Below are positions 18,436 through 28,294 of a DNA stretch of 64,000 nt, piece after piece. A program made the position numbers and the translations under genes. Position 1 is the first letter of the stretch; each line of letters starts with the position of its first letter. Source of the DNA: Alphaproteobacteria bacterium (GTDB taxonomy: Bacteria; Pseudomonadota; Alphaproteobacteria; SP197); contig OZ245842.1 of assembly GCA_965228895.1 (NCBI GenBank), positions 192,001 through 256,000 of the forward strand. Reading direction: 5' to 3'. Below the pieces are notes generated by a model. That model had not been told where the DNA came from. It made no database searches and saw nothing but the letters and a program-made list of their open reading frames with translations.

Positions 18436-20220
18436 ATGGCCGAACGCCGCATAAAGCCGGAAGACCTGCGTAGCCGTCACTGGTTCGACGACCCCGATCA
18501 TCCGGACTCCGTCGCCATCCATGTCGAGCGTTACCTGAACTACGGCCTGACCCGCGAGGAACTGCAGTCGGGCCGGCCGATCATTGGGATCGCCCAGACC
18601 GGCAGCGATCTGTCGCCGTGCAACCGTCACCATGTGCAGCTCGCCGCGCGCGTACGCGACGGCATCCGCGATGCCGGCGGCGTGCCATTCGAGTTTCCCG
18701 TGCACCCGATCCAGGAGACGGGCAGACGTCCGACCGCGATGCTCGACCGCAACCTCGCCTACCTCGGTCTGGTCGAGATCCTGCACGGCTATCCGTTCGA
18801 CGGCGTGGTGCTGACCATTGGTTGCGACAAAACCACGCCGGCGGCGCTGATGGCCGCCGCCACGGTCGACCTTCCGGCCATCGCGCTCTCAGGCGGGCCG
18901 ATGCTGGATGCCTGGTGGGAGGGGCAGCTTGCCGGCTCCGGTATGGTGAAGTGGGAGGCCCGGAAACTGCTCGCGACCGGCGCGATCGACTATGACGGCT
19001 TCATCGACCGCGCCTGTCAGGCGGCGTCCTCGGCCGGCCACTGCAACACCATGGGTACGGCGCTCACCATGAACAGCCTGACCGAGGTGCTGGGCCTGTC
19101 GCTGCCCGGATGCGCGGCAATCCCGGCGCCCTATGCCGCCCGCGGCGCCATCGCCTATCTGACCGGCCGGCGCATTGTCGACATGGTGTGGGAAGATTTG
19201 AAACCCAGTGACATCCTGTCGCGTGGCTCGTTTCTGAACGCGATCCGCGTCAATGCCGCGATTGGCGGGTCGACCAACGCGCCTATCCATCTGCAGGCGA
19301 TCGCCCGTCATGCCGGTATCGAGCTGGAACTCAAGGATTGGGAAACCTACGGCTACGACATTCCGCTGCTGGTCGACTGCCAGCCGGCCGGCCGCTATCT
19401 GGGTGAAGCCTATAACCGCGCCGGCGGCGTGCCCGTGGTGGCAAAGGCTTTGGATGAAGAGGGCCTGATCGACCGTGATGCCCTGACCGTCACGGGCACG
19501 ACGCTCGCGGACAACGTGGCGGGCGCAGCGGCGCCCGACGGCGACGTCATCCGCGCGTTTGCCAACCCTTTGAAGGAGAAGGCGGGATTTTTGGTGCTCT
19601 CCGGCAACCTGTTTGACGCGGCGATCATGAAGACGTCGGTCATCTCAGACGACTTCCGCCGCGCCTATCTGGAAGTGCCCGGCCACGAGAACCGCATCGA
19701 AGGCAAGGCTGTGGTGTTCGATGGCGCCGAAGATTATCGCGCGCGCATCAACGATCCGGCGCTAGAGATCGACAAGCATTCGATCCTGGTGGTGCGTGGC
19801 GCCGGGCCGGTCGGGCATCCCGGTGCGGCAGAGGTCGTCAACATGCAGCCGCCTGATCGCTTAATCCGGGACGGCATCCGCGAGTTGCCGACCATCGGCG
19901 ACGGCCGCCAGTCGGGCACCAGCAACGCGCCGTCAATTCTGAACGCGTCGCCAGAGTCAGCGGTGGGCGGTGGCTTGGCGATGCTCCAGACCGGCGACCC
20001 TCTGGTCATCGACCTGGATGAACGCACCGCCAATGCGGACGTGCCGACCGAGGAGTGGGAGAAACGCAAAACCGAGATGGCGTTCGAGGTGCCGGAAAGC
20101 CAGACGCCGTGGCAGGAGCTTTTCCGAGAAAAGGTCGGGCCGCTCAGCACCGGCATGTGTTTCGACTTCGCCGTCGCCTACGACAAGGTGCGGCGTCACC
20201 TGCCGCGCAACTCCCATTAA
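18436..20220 (+). CDS. IlvD/Edd family sugar-acid dehydratase (xylonate/arabinonate type)
   Basis: SPCN.HH, GCDKTTPA, GHCNTMGTA, GGSTNA, GDGRQSGTS. Confidence 0.92.
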   Translation: MAERRIKPEDLRSRHWFDDPDHPDSVAIHVERYLNYGLTREELQSGRPIIGIAQTGSDLSPCNRHHVQLAARVRDGIRDAGGVPFEFPVHPIQETGRRPTAMLDRNLAYLGLVEILHGYPFDGVVLTIGCDKTTPAALMAAATVDLPAIALSGGPMLDAWWEGQLAGSGMVKWEARKLLATGAIDYDGFIDRACQAASSAGHCNTMGTALTMNSLTEVLGLSLPGCAAIPAPYAARGAIAYLTGRRIVDMVWEDLKPSDILSRGSFLNAIRVNAAIGGSTNAPIHLQAIARHAGIELELKDWETYGYDIPLLVDCQPAGRYLGEAYNRAGGVPVVAKALDEEGLIDRDALTVTGTTLADNVAGAAAPDGDVIRAFANPLKEKAGFLVLSGNLFDAAIMKTSVISDDFRRAYLEVPGHENRIEGKAVVFDGAEDYRARINDPALEIDKHSILVVRGAGPVGHPGAAEVVNMQPPDRLIRDGIRELPTIGDGRQSGTSNAPSILNASPESAVGGGLAMLQTGDPLVIDLDERTANADVPTEEWEKRKTEMAFEVPESQTPWQELFREKVGPLSTGMCFDFAVAYDKVRRHLPRNSH

Positions 20221-20275
20221 TGCCTCCAAGGCTGTGCCACGGCACTGGCCGGGCGATGCGACCAAACAAACGCTG

Positions 20276-21580
20276 CTAGAACGCGTTGATGCTGACCGTC
20301 GAGCAGGGGACGCCGGGGAAGCGACTCAGCGCTTCGTGTTTGAGGCCTATCGAGACGGCCAGCAGGTAGAGGCTTCGCGTGAAGGCGTGTTGTTGGGCAG
20401 TAGCAATGGTGTAGGCATCCGCGCCGTCGCCGGACGCCGATGCGGCGACCAGGATGTTGACGACGTCCATGGGATCGGGCCGGCCGTTCGCATCGTCGCT
20501 GATCAGACGAAGCGCCAAACCCACGTCGTGGCAGGCGATTAGCGGCGCGATATCCGGCCGGGCGAGGCCGCCGTCCAGGTGCGGTCCGGCATCATAACTC
20601 TCCAGCGCCGCGCGCGCGGCAGCGGTATCGCCCAGCATCGCATATCCTTGGGCGAGCCTCAGATGCGCTGCCGGGTTGCCCGCCGCGCCATCGCCGTTTT
20701 CCAGGGCTTCAGCCGCCGCGCGTAAGATCGCGCGGGCGCGGGCCTCGTCGCCTTGCCGTCGATAGGCATCGGCCAGCGATATCCGACCCAGCAGAGGCAG
20801 CCAGCCGGGCAAATCGTCGGCAAGGGTCGCCGTCATGTCGTGGTCGCCGGCCGCGGCGATGCCTTCGACCATGGCAAGCCGGGCGAAGGCCGCATCCGTC
20901 TCGGTCAGGCTGGCGGCCGCCACTTCCGCATCGTCGCTGTAGCCGGCGGCGGCCCACATGGCGAAGAGTGAGCCAAGCTGACGTGTGCGTTCCCACATGT
21001 CGCCTTCCATATCGTTGTGCACGATGTCCCAGGCGAGCGCGAACATGGCGCGCGCGCGTTCATCGTCACCGGTCTGGGCCAGCATGCGTGCTGAAACGAT
21101 CAAGGCGTCCGTCCGGATCTCCAGATCGCTGATCGCCAGGGCATCGGGCAGAGCGGCCGTGTCATCGGCAGAGAGAGGATCGGTGGAGAGCCATGACGAG
21201 GACCGGTAGAGGCCATCGGTCGGGTTGCCCCACAGCGCATAGGCGTCGCCTTCGGTTTCCTGAAGCCAGCCGGCAATCGACTGGAACGCGGCGTCCGGCT
21301 GACCGACCGCCGACTGAAAGCGGGGCATCAGGAAGAACGGCGCGAAGGCTTCCGACGTCAGATTGCCACCGGCCGCCAGTTCGTCCTGATAGGCGAGCAG
21401 GCTCTCGTTGAAGTCGATCCAGACCCTGCATGCCAACCCGCTCACCTCGACGCCCTGGCATAAAACGAACTGGCCGCCGGTGAGGCTATCGGCACCGGTT
21501 TCCTGAGCCTGCGTTGATGCCGGCGCGGTGGCCAACCAGACGAAGAACGCGACGAACAGGACCAAGCCGGGACGCCTCAT
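20276..21580 (-). CDS. secreted alpha-helical repeat (TPR-like) hypothetical protein
   Basis: signal peptide ending AQA; Ala/Leu-rich helical repeats (GD...ARA..); fills the gap between divergent genes. Confidence 0.65.
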   Translation of the reverse strand: MRRPGLVLFVAFFVWLATAPASTQAQETGADSLTGGQFVLCQGVEVSGLACRVWIDFNESLLAYQDELAAGGNLTSEAFAPFFLMPRFQSAVGQPDAAFQSIAGWLQETEGDAYALWGNPTDGLYRSSSWLSTDPLSADDTAALPDALAISDLEIRTDALIVSARMLAQTGDDERARAMFALAWDIVHNDMEGDMWERTRQLGSLFAMWAAAGYSDDAEVAAASLTETDAAFARLAMVEGIAAAGDHDMTATLADDLPGWLPLLGRISLADAYRRQGDEARARAILRAAAEALENGDGAAGNPAAHLRLAQGYAMLGDTAAARAALESYDAGPHLDGGLARPDIAPLIACHDVGLALRLISDDANGRPDPMDVVNILVAASASGDGADAYTIATAQQHAFTRSLYLLAVSIGLKHEALSRFPGVPCSTVSINAF

Positions 21581-21603
21581 GACAGGTCAGGCCGCACGCA
21601 GAC

Positions 21604-22518
21604 TTGAGTGCGCCTTCTGTGTTCGGCTACAAGCGCCATGTGCCCGATCTCTCCCCACCCAGCTACCCGGATATTCGCTTGTCCACCTTATCAGGCTTCG
21701 TCTGGCCCGAGGGCAAGTCATGCGGCGTGACGATCGGCTGGCATGTGGATGGCGAGGCGGGGCCGATTGGTTGGGACCGTGGCGCGGTCGAGCACGTGAC
21801 GGCCATGTCCGAGGCAGCGTATGGCATCACCACCGCCATGCCGCGCATCCTCGCGCTGCACCGGGATCTTGAGATCCCGGCGACGTTCTTTGTGCCGGCC
21901 CACGTCGCCGAGCGCCATCCCGCGATGATCGATGCGATCCTGGCCGGCGGTCATGAGATCGCCCATCACGGCTACATGCACGAGAACCTGTTCGGCATGG
22001 CGGCCGAGGACCAGCGCGCGGTGTTCGCCCGTGCCACAGAGGTTCTGGAGCGTCTAACGGGTCGCGCGCCGCGCGGCTGGAGCGCGCCGGGCTGGGGTGT
22101 CGATGCGCGTACGCTGGAGATGATGGCCGAACTGGGTTTCGCCTATGACGCCAGCCTTATGGAGTATGACGTCCCGCATCTGGTCGAAACGGCCAAGGGT
22201 CCGCTGATCGAGCTGCCGACCAGCCTGGTGCTGGACGATTGGGCGCTCTTCGGCGGGTCGCTTTATCCGACCGGCAGCGCTGTCACGGCGCCCGCCGAGG
22301 ACGCGCGGCGCATCTGGCTGGAGGAGTTCGTGGGTCTGCGCCGCTATGGCGGTCTGTTCCACACCACCTTTCATCCCAACCTGATGGGACGGCCCGGACG
22401 CCTGGTCATGCTGGAGCAGCTCTTCACCGAGATGCGGGCCTACGATGACGTGTGGTGGGGCACCTGCGAAGTGGCTGCCGACCATGCGTCGACCTTCGCG
22501 GTGGGGGGGCGGTTGTGA
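21604..22518 (+). CDS. polysaccharide deacetylase (CE4, PgdA/PuuE-like) family protein
   Basis: WPEG..C.V....D, ATFFVP, GHEIAHHGYMHE, FHP..MGRPGR; TTG start uncertain. Confidence 0.85.
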   Translation: MSAPSVFGYKRHVPDLSPPSYPDIRLSTLSGFVWPEGKSCGVTIGWHVDGEAGPIGWDRGAVEHVTAMSEAAYGITTAMPRILALHRDLEIPATFFVPAHVAERHPAMIDAILAGGHEIAHHGYMHENLFGMAAEDQRAVFARATEVLERLTGRAPRGWSAPGWGVDARTLEMMAELGFAYDASLMEYDVPHLVETAKGPLIELPTSLVLDDWALFGGSLYPTGSAVTAPAEDARRIWLEEFVGLRRYGGLFHTTFHPNLMGRPGRLVMLEQLFTEMRAYDDVWWGTCEVAADHASTFAVGGRL

Positions 22519-22976
22519 GCGACTCACCCATCGATGGCCTCGTCGACTTTCTGGTCGAGGCGCGCCGCCAGACCTATGCCATCCCCCACGGCGAGAAGCT
22601 GGCCGACGGCACCGAGCAGATGGTTTGGGATCGCGGCATCTGGTCCTACCGCGACCGGTACGCCGGCCAAAACCCTTATGGCGGACATGAGCTCGTCTGG
22701 TGTGACGGCCGCGTCGTCTGGATGAAGAACTACATGGCGACCGTCCTGACCGACCATCCGCCGATGGGCGAGATCTATGCGTTCCAGCGCACGGTCCTTG
22801 GCGACCCCGACCCCGATCACCTGATGCGCGGACCGGCGTCATACGTCGAAGGGCCCTTCGTCTATCGCAACACGGTCGACGGTGACATCTTCCAGTTCAG
22901 CGGCGTCGAGACGATCAGCCACGACGGTATCGACGTCTACCGGATGATCTTCCACGGCGGCTTGATCGGAACCTGA
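22515..22976 (+). CDS. DUF5680-like protein
   Basis: FL.EA...TYA, YRD.Y.G...GG.E.V....VW..NY, RGP..Y, Y...FHGG; GTGA overlap with upstream stop. Confidence 0.7.
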   Translation: MSDSPIDGLVDFLVEARRQTYAIPHGEKLADGTEQMVWDRGIWSYRDRYAGQNPYGGHELVWCDGRVVWMKNYMATVLTDHPPMGEIYAFQRTVLGDPDPDHLMRGPASYVEGPFVYRNTVDGDIFQFSGVETISHDGIDVYRMIFHGGLIGT

Positions 22977-22985
22977 AGAGCGCCG

Positions 22986-23879
22986 CTAGGAAAACCGGTC
23001 GTCGACAATCGTCTCCACTGCCACTTGCTGAGCGATCAATCCGAATCGGGCATAGGTCGCGATGTTCTCCCGCCAACGTTCCCGATTGATGAGGCAAGCC
23101 TGCTCCGGTCCTTTTCGGCCGAACACGAGCGGCGCCATCATGTCGAGCACCCGGCGGTTCTCGGCGACATCGGGTCGCCCGACGCAAGTCTCCGCAATCA
23201 AGGCGGCTGCCTCGTTTCGTTGGGCCAGAGCCTGCCGCCACCCCTCGGCGGTCGCCGCCAGGAATCGCCGCAGAACACCGCCATGCGTTTCCAAACACGC
23301 GGCTGTCGTGACGATTACCTGCGACTGCGGGACGAGCGAGGGATGGCGCAGCGGTATCAGGCGTGGTCGATAGCCCTGCCGCTCCAGGGCGACGGCCTCG
23401 GTGATCGCGTAACCCTGCACCGCGTCGAAACGCCCGGCTATCAGGTCGTCCAGCGACCAGCCGGTGACGGTGACGTCGACAGCATCGATGTCAACGCCAT
23501 GGAGGCGCAACAGGATGCGCAGCAGGTGCTCGCCGTCACGGTGCATGGCGATGCGGTAGCCCGCGAGATCGCCGATGGCCTCGATCCCGCTTTTGCCTTT
23601 GGTCATCAAGACCAAGGGCGTTTCCTGCAGCATGGCACCGATCGCGCGCGCGGGCTTGCCATCGGCGCCGTGCTTGACCACGAGATTGTCTTCGCAGCAG
23701 CCGGCCGAGCACGGGTCGTCGGCAATCAAGTCGAGAACGGAACGCTCGGGGTGGCGGTCCGGGGCGACCAGATCGACATCCAGACCGGCAGCGCGATAAA
23801 GACCGTGACCGCGTGCCCAGACCGGACCGGCGAACTGGCAGTCCAATCGCCAATCCAAATAGAAACGGAAAGGGGTCAC
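22986..23879 (-). CDS. NMT1/THI5-like substrate-binding-fold protein, no signal peptide
   Basis: LDW....QFAG...A...GLY...GLDV, DL.G.RIA, L.AG..DA..GY...E, FL.AT.EGW. Confidence 0.8.
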   Translation of the reverse strand: MTPFRFYLDWRLDCQFAGPVWARGHGLYRAAGLDVDLVAPDRHPERSVLDLIADDPCSAGCCEDNLVVKHGADGKPARAIGAMLQETPLVLMTKGKSGIEAIGDLAGYRIAMHRDGEHLLRILLRLHGVDIDAVDVTVTGWSLDDLIAGRFDAVQGYAITEAVALERQGYRPRLIPLRHPSLVPQSQVIVTTAACLETHGGVLRRFLAATAEGWRQALAQRNEAAALIAETCVGRPDVAENRRVLDMMAPLVFGRKGPEQACLINRERWRENIATYARFGLIAQQVAVETIVDDRFS

Positions 23880-23888
23880 GGCTGCCGT

Positions 23889-24254
23889 TCAGCCATCAAC
23901 CCGCTCGAAGTAGACACCGAGAAACTCAAAGTCGTCGGACGGCTGGTGAAAGTAATCCAGGTGATCGGCGCGAAACGCCTCCAGGCCGACCGTGCCCGAG
24001 ACGGCGGGGTCGCGCCGCCACAGCCGCTCGGGTATGGCGTCCCAGCGGACCAGTTCAATGCCTGTCAGGCGCACACGACACCGCGTCGTGCCGTCGCGGT
24101 CGACAACGTCATAGGTGGCGCCGACGTGGAGCGCGGTGTTGTCCGCATCAAGCCCCTCACTCCATGCGACAAACCGTACGGTCGCCGTCTTGCTGCCGTC
24201 GATGATCTGGTCGATCAGTTCCGATTGGAACCACTGCATGCGATGGGCGGTTAT
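23889..24254 (-). CDS. ASCH (PUA-like) domain protein
   Basis: F..ELIDQIIDGSKTATVR (GxKxxTxR); C-terminal part of track ORF 23889..25019; start ATA 24254 (optimal RBS spacing) or ATG 24239. Confidence 0.8.
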   Translation of the reverse strand: MTAHRMQWFQSELIDQIIDGSKTATVRFVAWSEGLDADNTALHVGATYDVVDRDGTTRCRVRLTGIELVRWDAIPERLWRRDPAVSGTVGLEAFRADHLDYFHQPSDDFEFLGVYFERVDG

Positions 24255-24265
24255 GGTTTGGCTCC

Positions 24266-26515
24266 TCAGAACGGCGCGGGATCGCAAAAGCGTTTGACCA
24301 CGTTGCGCGTGATGGTCGCGACGTTGTTGTCGAAGTTCCGGCACGGCAGGGCCGAGACCCAGGCGATGGAGCCGGTCGAGAAGACGGCGCCGCCGTTGTC
24401 GGTCTCGAAGAACACCATGTCGGCGTGGACGCGCGGCTGGACCGAGCCGTAGATCATCGGATGCATGTGGCCGAGCTCCTCGTTCACCATCAAGACGGTG
24501 TCGGAGTGATCGAAAGAGCTGGCCAGCACCAGAGCGTGTGGCGGGGTGCCGCGCAGGGGGTCGGCGCAGTCGAGTTCCCAGCCCGCCGCGCCGCCGCCCA
24601 GCAAGCCGAAATCGCCGACCAGTTCGTCGTCGCCCAGGCCATCGAAGATCCAAGCGGCGCGCGGATCGTGGCTGTCCGGCTGGCGCTTGTAGGGGCTCGA
24701 CCAGTCGAAACCCTGAGCGATAAAACCGACGCCGACGACCGACTGGGGCGTGCGGCCGCCGCGCCACCACAGGCCGCCGAGTTCGCCGGTGAAGCTCATG
24801 TGGTATTCGCCGGGTTCGGCGATCCAGGAGCGCGAGCCGTCCTCGGCGCGGCGCATTTCCATGACCCCCGGCTTGTCGTCGCGGAAGGCGACGCGCCAAT
24901 AGAACCCATTGCCGCCCATGTACATCAGCCGGCCGCCTTGGCGGGTATAGCCCTGAATACCGTCCAGCATGCGGGTCGAATAGTATTCGGGGTGGCTCAT
25001 GGTCATGACGCAGGGCCATTGGGCGAGCAGGTCGGCGCCTTCGCGGTCCAGGTCTTCGTCGCTCACCATGTCATAGGCGATGCCTTCGTGCTCGAGCCAG
25101 GCAATCAGATGCATGTCGGCGCTCATCTGCCACAGCGAATTGTGCTGCGGACTAAGATTGGCGATGGGTCTGAGGCGCGAGCTGTAGTGCGGGCCCGTGT
25201 CGTCGGCGTGCAGGCCATACATGCTGACGCCGATCTCCGGATGTTCCTGCTGATAGAGATCGTCGGGACCCAGACGCGGCGACTTGTTGAACTGAAAGTC
25301 GTACTCCGCCGAGGCGATCTGCTCGTCCAGATTGGCGTAGGCCAGATAACTCGCGGTCGGTACGAGCACGCAGAGCGGTGCCGTCGTCTTGCCTGCCGGC
25401 GGGCGCACGACAAACGGCACAAACTCCGGCGCGCTATCCTCCGGTTCCAGTTTGGCGGCATAGAGACCGCTCTTGGTGTTTTCCGGAATCGTCACCTCGA
25501 AGTCCGGCCGCCACCCGCAATCGTAGATCGCGTCCTCGGTAAAGTGCATCGCGCCCCACTGCTCCGGCGCCTTCGTCCAGTTGAACTCGCTGGCGTCCCA
25601 GTTGTGCCCACGAACCGCTCGGATCGGCATGTTGACGGCTTCGCCATCCAGCTTGTTGCTGGACATATCGACCAGCCGGTCGCTCCCGATGTCCTGGCTG
25701 AAGTCCCAGGCGAGCACAATATGCCTGGCCAGTTTCTTCGGCAGGGCGCCAGTTAAGAGTTCGGCACTCTCATCGTCGTCGAGCAGGCGATTGATGAGAA
25801 CGGGGCGCTCGATCTTTCCGTTGACGTGACCGCCGGGAAACCACGTGCCGTGCTCGGTCTGGTTATTGTAGGCACCGACCATGAAGGCCGCTTCCTTGTT
25901 ATGGATGTCGCCCATGTCGGATGCGGTGGCGGTTGCTTCGGAGCGGGGTGGAATGGTCGGCACGGGATCGATCATGCGCTGGACGATCTTGAGCTCCTTG
26001 GTCGCCGCATCGTAGCTGCCGTTCAGCAGATACCATTGGCGCGCGATAAGCGGCTCTGGTGCGACAGCGCGGGCGGTGCGGTGATCGTTGCCGTCGCCGA
26101 CAAAAAAGCAGGCGTGTCCGTCGCCGTCCGTGAACAGGCCCCAACCGAACTCGTTGCTTTCGTCAAACTTGGAGACGATGGATCTCCATGGCCGCTTCGG
26201 CGTCGTCGGCCAGAACAAACACTGCAGCGAAAAACTGTCGAGCTTGTCGAACGCCTTGTCATGGCCAATCGCGCCATAGGCGCCGGGCCATATCGGCTGG
26301 TGGCGCGCCGCGTGGGTGCCGTTGGCCGGCACATCCAGTACCTCGTCGCGGTAACCGGGGCCGCCCGGCTGGTCGTCGCCTGACAGCAGCCGGACGATCG
26401 TCGCGTTGTAGCTTGATGTTCCATCGTCGGCGCTCGCCATGAAACGGATGGTGTCGCCCGGCGCAACGGAGATCTCATCCGCATAGGCCGCCAGTTTCTT
26501 CTTCAGCATTGTCAT
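24266..26515 (-). CDS. N,N-dimethylformamidase beta-subunit family protein with LamG-like insert
   Basis: SYLAYAN, SMY..H.D, HPEY.S, LMYMGGNGFYW, GWELD, GGAVFSTGSI.W; ATG 26515 overlapping the upstream stop. Confidence 0.88.
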   Translation of the reverse strand: MTMLKKKLAAYADEISVAPGDTIRFMASADDGTSSYNATIVRLLSGDDQPGGPGYRDEVLDVPANGTHAARHQPIWPGAYGAIGHDKAFDKLDSFSLQCLFWPTTPKRPWRSIVSKFDESNEFGWGLFTDGDGHACFFVGDGNDHRTARAVAPEPLIARQWYLLNGSYDAATKELKIVQRMIDPVPTIPPRSEATATASDMGDIHNKEAAFMVGAYNNQTEHGTWFPGGHVNGKIERPVLINRLLDDDESAELLTGALPKKLARHIVLAWDFSQDIGSDRLVDMSSNKLDGEAVNMPIRAVRGHNWDASEFNWTKAPEQWGAMHFTEDAIYDCGWRPDFEVTIPENTKSGLYAAKLEPEDSAPEFVPFVVRPPAGKTTAPLCVLVPTASYLAYANLDEQIASAEYDFQFNKSPRLGPDDLYQQEHPEIGVSMYGLHADDTGPHYSSRLRPIANLSPQHNSLWQMSADMHLIAWLEHEGIAYDMVSDEDLDREGADLLAQWPCVMTMSHPEYYSTRMLDGIQGYTRQGGRLMYMGGNGFYWRVAFRDDKPGVMEMRRAEDGSRSWIAEPGEYHMSFTGELGGLWWRGGRTPQSVVGVGFIAQGFDWSSPYKRQPDSHDPRAAWIFDGLGDDELVGDFGLLGGGAAGWELDCADPLRGTPPHALVLASSFDHSDTVLMVNEELGHMHPMIYGSVQPRVHADMVFFETDNGGAVFSTGSIAWVSALPCRNFDNNVATITRNVVKRFCDPAPF

Positions 26516-26988
26516 TCTCCCCCAAGCGCCACCGTGCGCCGTTTGCCGAGCGTATCGTCTGCCAAGCGTGCAACAGCCCAACGATGAGCCTCATCGCTCA
26601 ATGCCGCTGTCGCATCATCAAGGTTGAGCCATAGACACGCATGGTCGTGTTCTACCGGTTGACCGCCGTGATCCTCGACCGTGGCCACAAAGTAGGATCC
26701 CGTCTTGTTGAGCCACGCTTGGCCGTCACGGCTGACGATCAACTGATTGGCGTGGCACAGCAGACTTGCGGTTACAACGACAAGGCCGGTTTCTTCAGCG
26801 ACTTCGCGGCGCATGGCTTGTTCTGGTTCTTCTCCTGGGTCGATGCCGCCGCCTGGCAGCATGACACATTCCGGCGTTTCGCAGATCAGCAGACGGCCTT
26901 GCGCATCGCGCAACAGGCCATAGGCGCTGGGCCGTGTCCGAACCTTGCTGCCCTTTGGTGCCGTGCCGAATTGCGGGACGCCCGTCAT
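26512..26988 (-). CDS. NUDIX hydrolase
   Basis: Nudix box GGGIDPGEEPEQAMRREVAEETG. Confidence 0.88.
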   Translation of the reverse strand: MTGVPQFGTAPKGSKVRTRPSAYGLLRDAQGRLLICETPECVMLPGGGIDPGEEPEQAMRREVAEETGLVVVTASLLCHANQLIVSRDGQAWLNKTGSYFVATVEDHGGQPVEHDHACLWLNLDDATAALSDEAHRWAVARLADDTLGKRRTVALGGE

Positions 26989-27086
26989 GGCGACAACCTA
27001 GCCGATGCCAGGCATTCATAAGAACCCCTCACGTCTGCCATGAGGAATCCATAGCTTGCCCCAATTTGGGAAATCTCTAAACCAGC

Positions 27087-28289
27087 ATGATGAGTACGGT
27101 TGCTCTGACATCAGGCCAGCGCGCCCGCGGCATTGTCGCCTGTATCGCGGCGACGACCACCGTGACGGTGACGATGGGAATCAGCTACCCGTTCCTGGCG
27201 TTAAGCCTGGAGCATCAGGGCGTCTCGCCGTTGCTCAACGGGCTGAACGCATCGGTGCAGATGCTGGCCGTCATGTTCCTGGCTTTCCTGGCCCCCAGAC
27301 TTATCCGGCGTTTCGGCGTCAAACACGTTATCGCCGCCGGTATGGTTGGCATGGCTGTCTCCTTGGCGCTGCTGCCGGTCTTCCCGTCGGTATGGCTGTG
27401 GTTTCCCATCCGTTTTCTGTTGGGCCTTTCGGCCGAGCTCGCGTTCACCGCCGGTGACGTCTGGATCAACCAATTGGCGGACGAACGGCGGCGCGGCCGT
27501 CTCATCGGCATCGCCGGCATGTTCCAACACGGCGGGTTTGGCCTCGGCCCGGTGCTGCTGGTGGTGCTGGGCACGGAGACATGGACGGCGCTCTATATCG
27601 GCGTCGCGATCGTGCTGACAGGTTTGGTGCCCTTGGCTATCGCCGGCGGTGCACAGGTCGTGCTGGAAGGCGACCATCGCGCCCGCATCATTCATTTCTT
27701 CACCATCGCGCCGTCGCTGATGATGGCGGGACTGATGTTCGGCCTGATCGATAGCGCCACCTTGTCGCTGCTGCCGGTCTACGGTCTTCGCATGGGCGTT
27801 GCCGACGGTATGGCCGAACTGATGCTGTCGATCTTTGTCGTCGGTTCGATTTTGGCGCAGATCCCGGTCGGTTTTCTGGCCGACCGTGTCGAAACGCGTC
27901 GGCTGATGGCGGCGTGCACGTTTGTGACGTTGGGCACCATCGCGGTGCTGCCGTTCCTGGTGACCGATCCCGTCTTGATCTATCCGACCTTACTGTTGAT
28001 GGGCGCGTCGCTGGGCAGCTTCTACACCATCGCGCTCACCGCCATGGGACGGCGTTTTCGCAGTGCCCAACTGGTTGGGGCGACCACGAGTTTCATGTTT
28101 TTGTGGGCCATCGGCAGCGTCATCGGACCGGGTATCAGCGGTGGCGCGATGAATGCGCTGGGACCTGTCGGGATGCCGATCGTTGGCGTTGTCTTCTGTG
28201 TCGTCTTCCTGGGCGTGCTGCTGCGGCGCATTTCCAGCGCACCGCCACTGGTCGTTAGGGAAAAACCGGACACCGACGCTTTCGACTGA
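27087..28289 (+). CDS. MFS transporter (YcaD-like)
   Basis: about 12 hydrophobic segments; QIPVGFLADRVETRR motif A; WIN...ERRRGR. Confidence 0.9.
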   Translation: MMSTVALTSGQRARGIVACIAATTTVTVTMGISYPFLALSLEHQGVSPLLNGLNASVQMLAVMFLAFLAPRLIRRFGVKHVIAAGMVGMAVSLALLPVFPSVWLWFPIRFLLGLSAELAFTAGDVWINQLADERRRGRLIGIAGMFQHGGFGLGPVLLVVLGTETWTALYIGVAIVLTGLVPLAIAGGAQVVLEGDHRARIIHFFTIAPSLMMAGLMFGLIDSATLSLLPVYGLRMGVADGMAELMLSIFVVGSILAQIPVGFLADRVETRRLMAACTFVTLGTIAVLPFLVTDPVLIYPTLLLMGASLGSFYTIALTAMGRRFRSAQLVGATTSFMFLWAIGSVIGPGISGGAMNALGPVGMPIVGVVFCVVFLGVLLRRISSAPPLVVREKPDTDAFD

Positions 28290-28294
28290 CCAGC

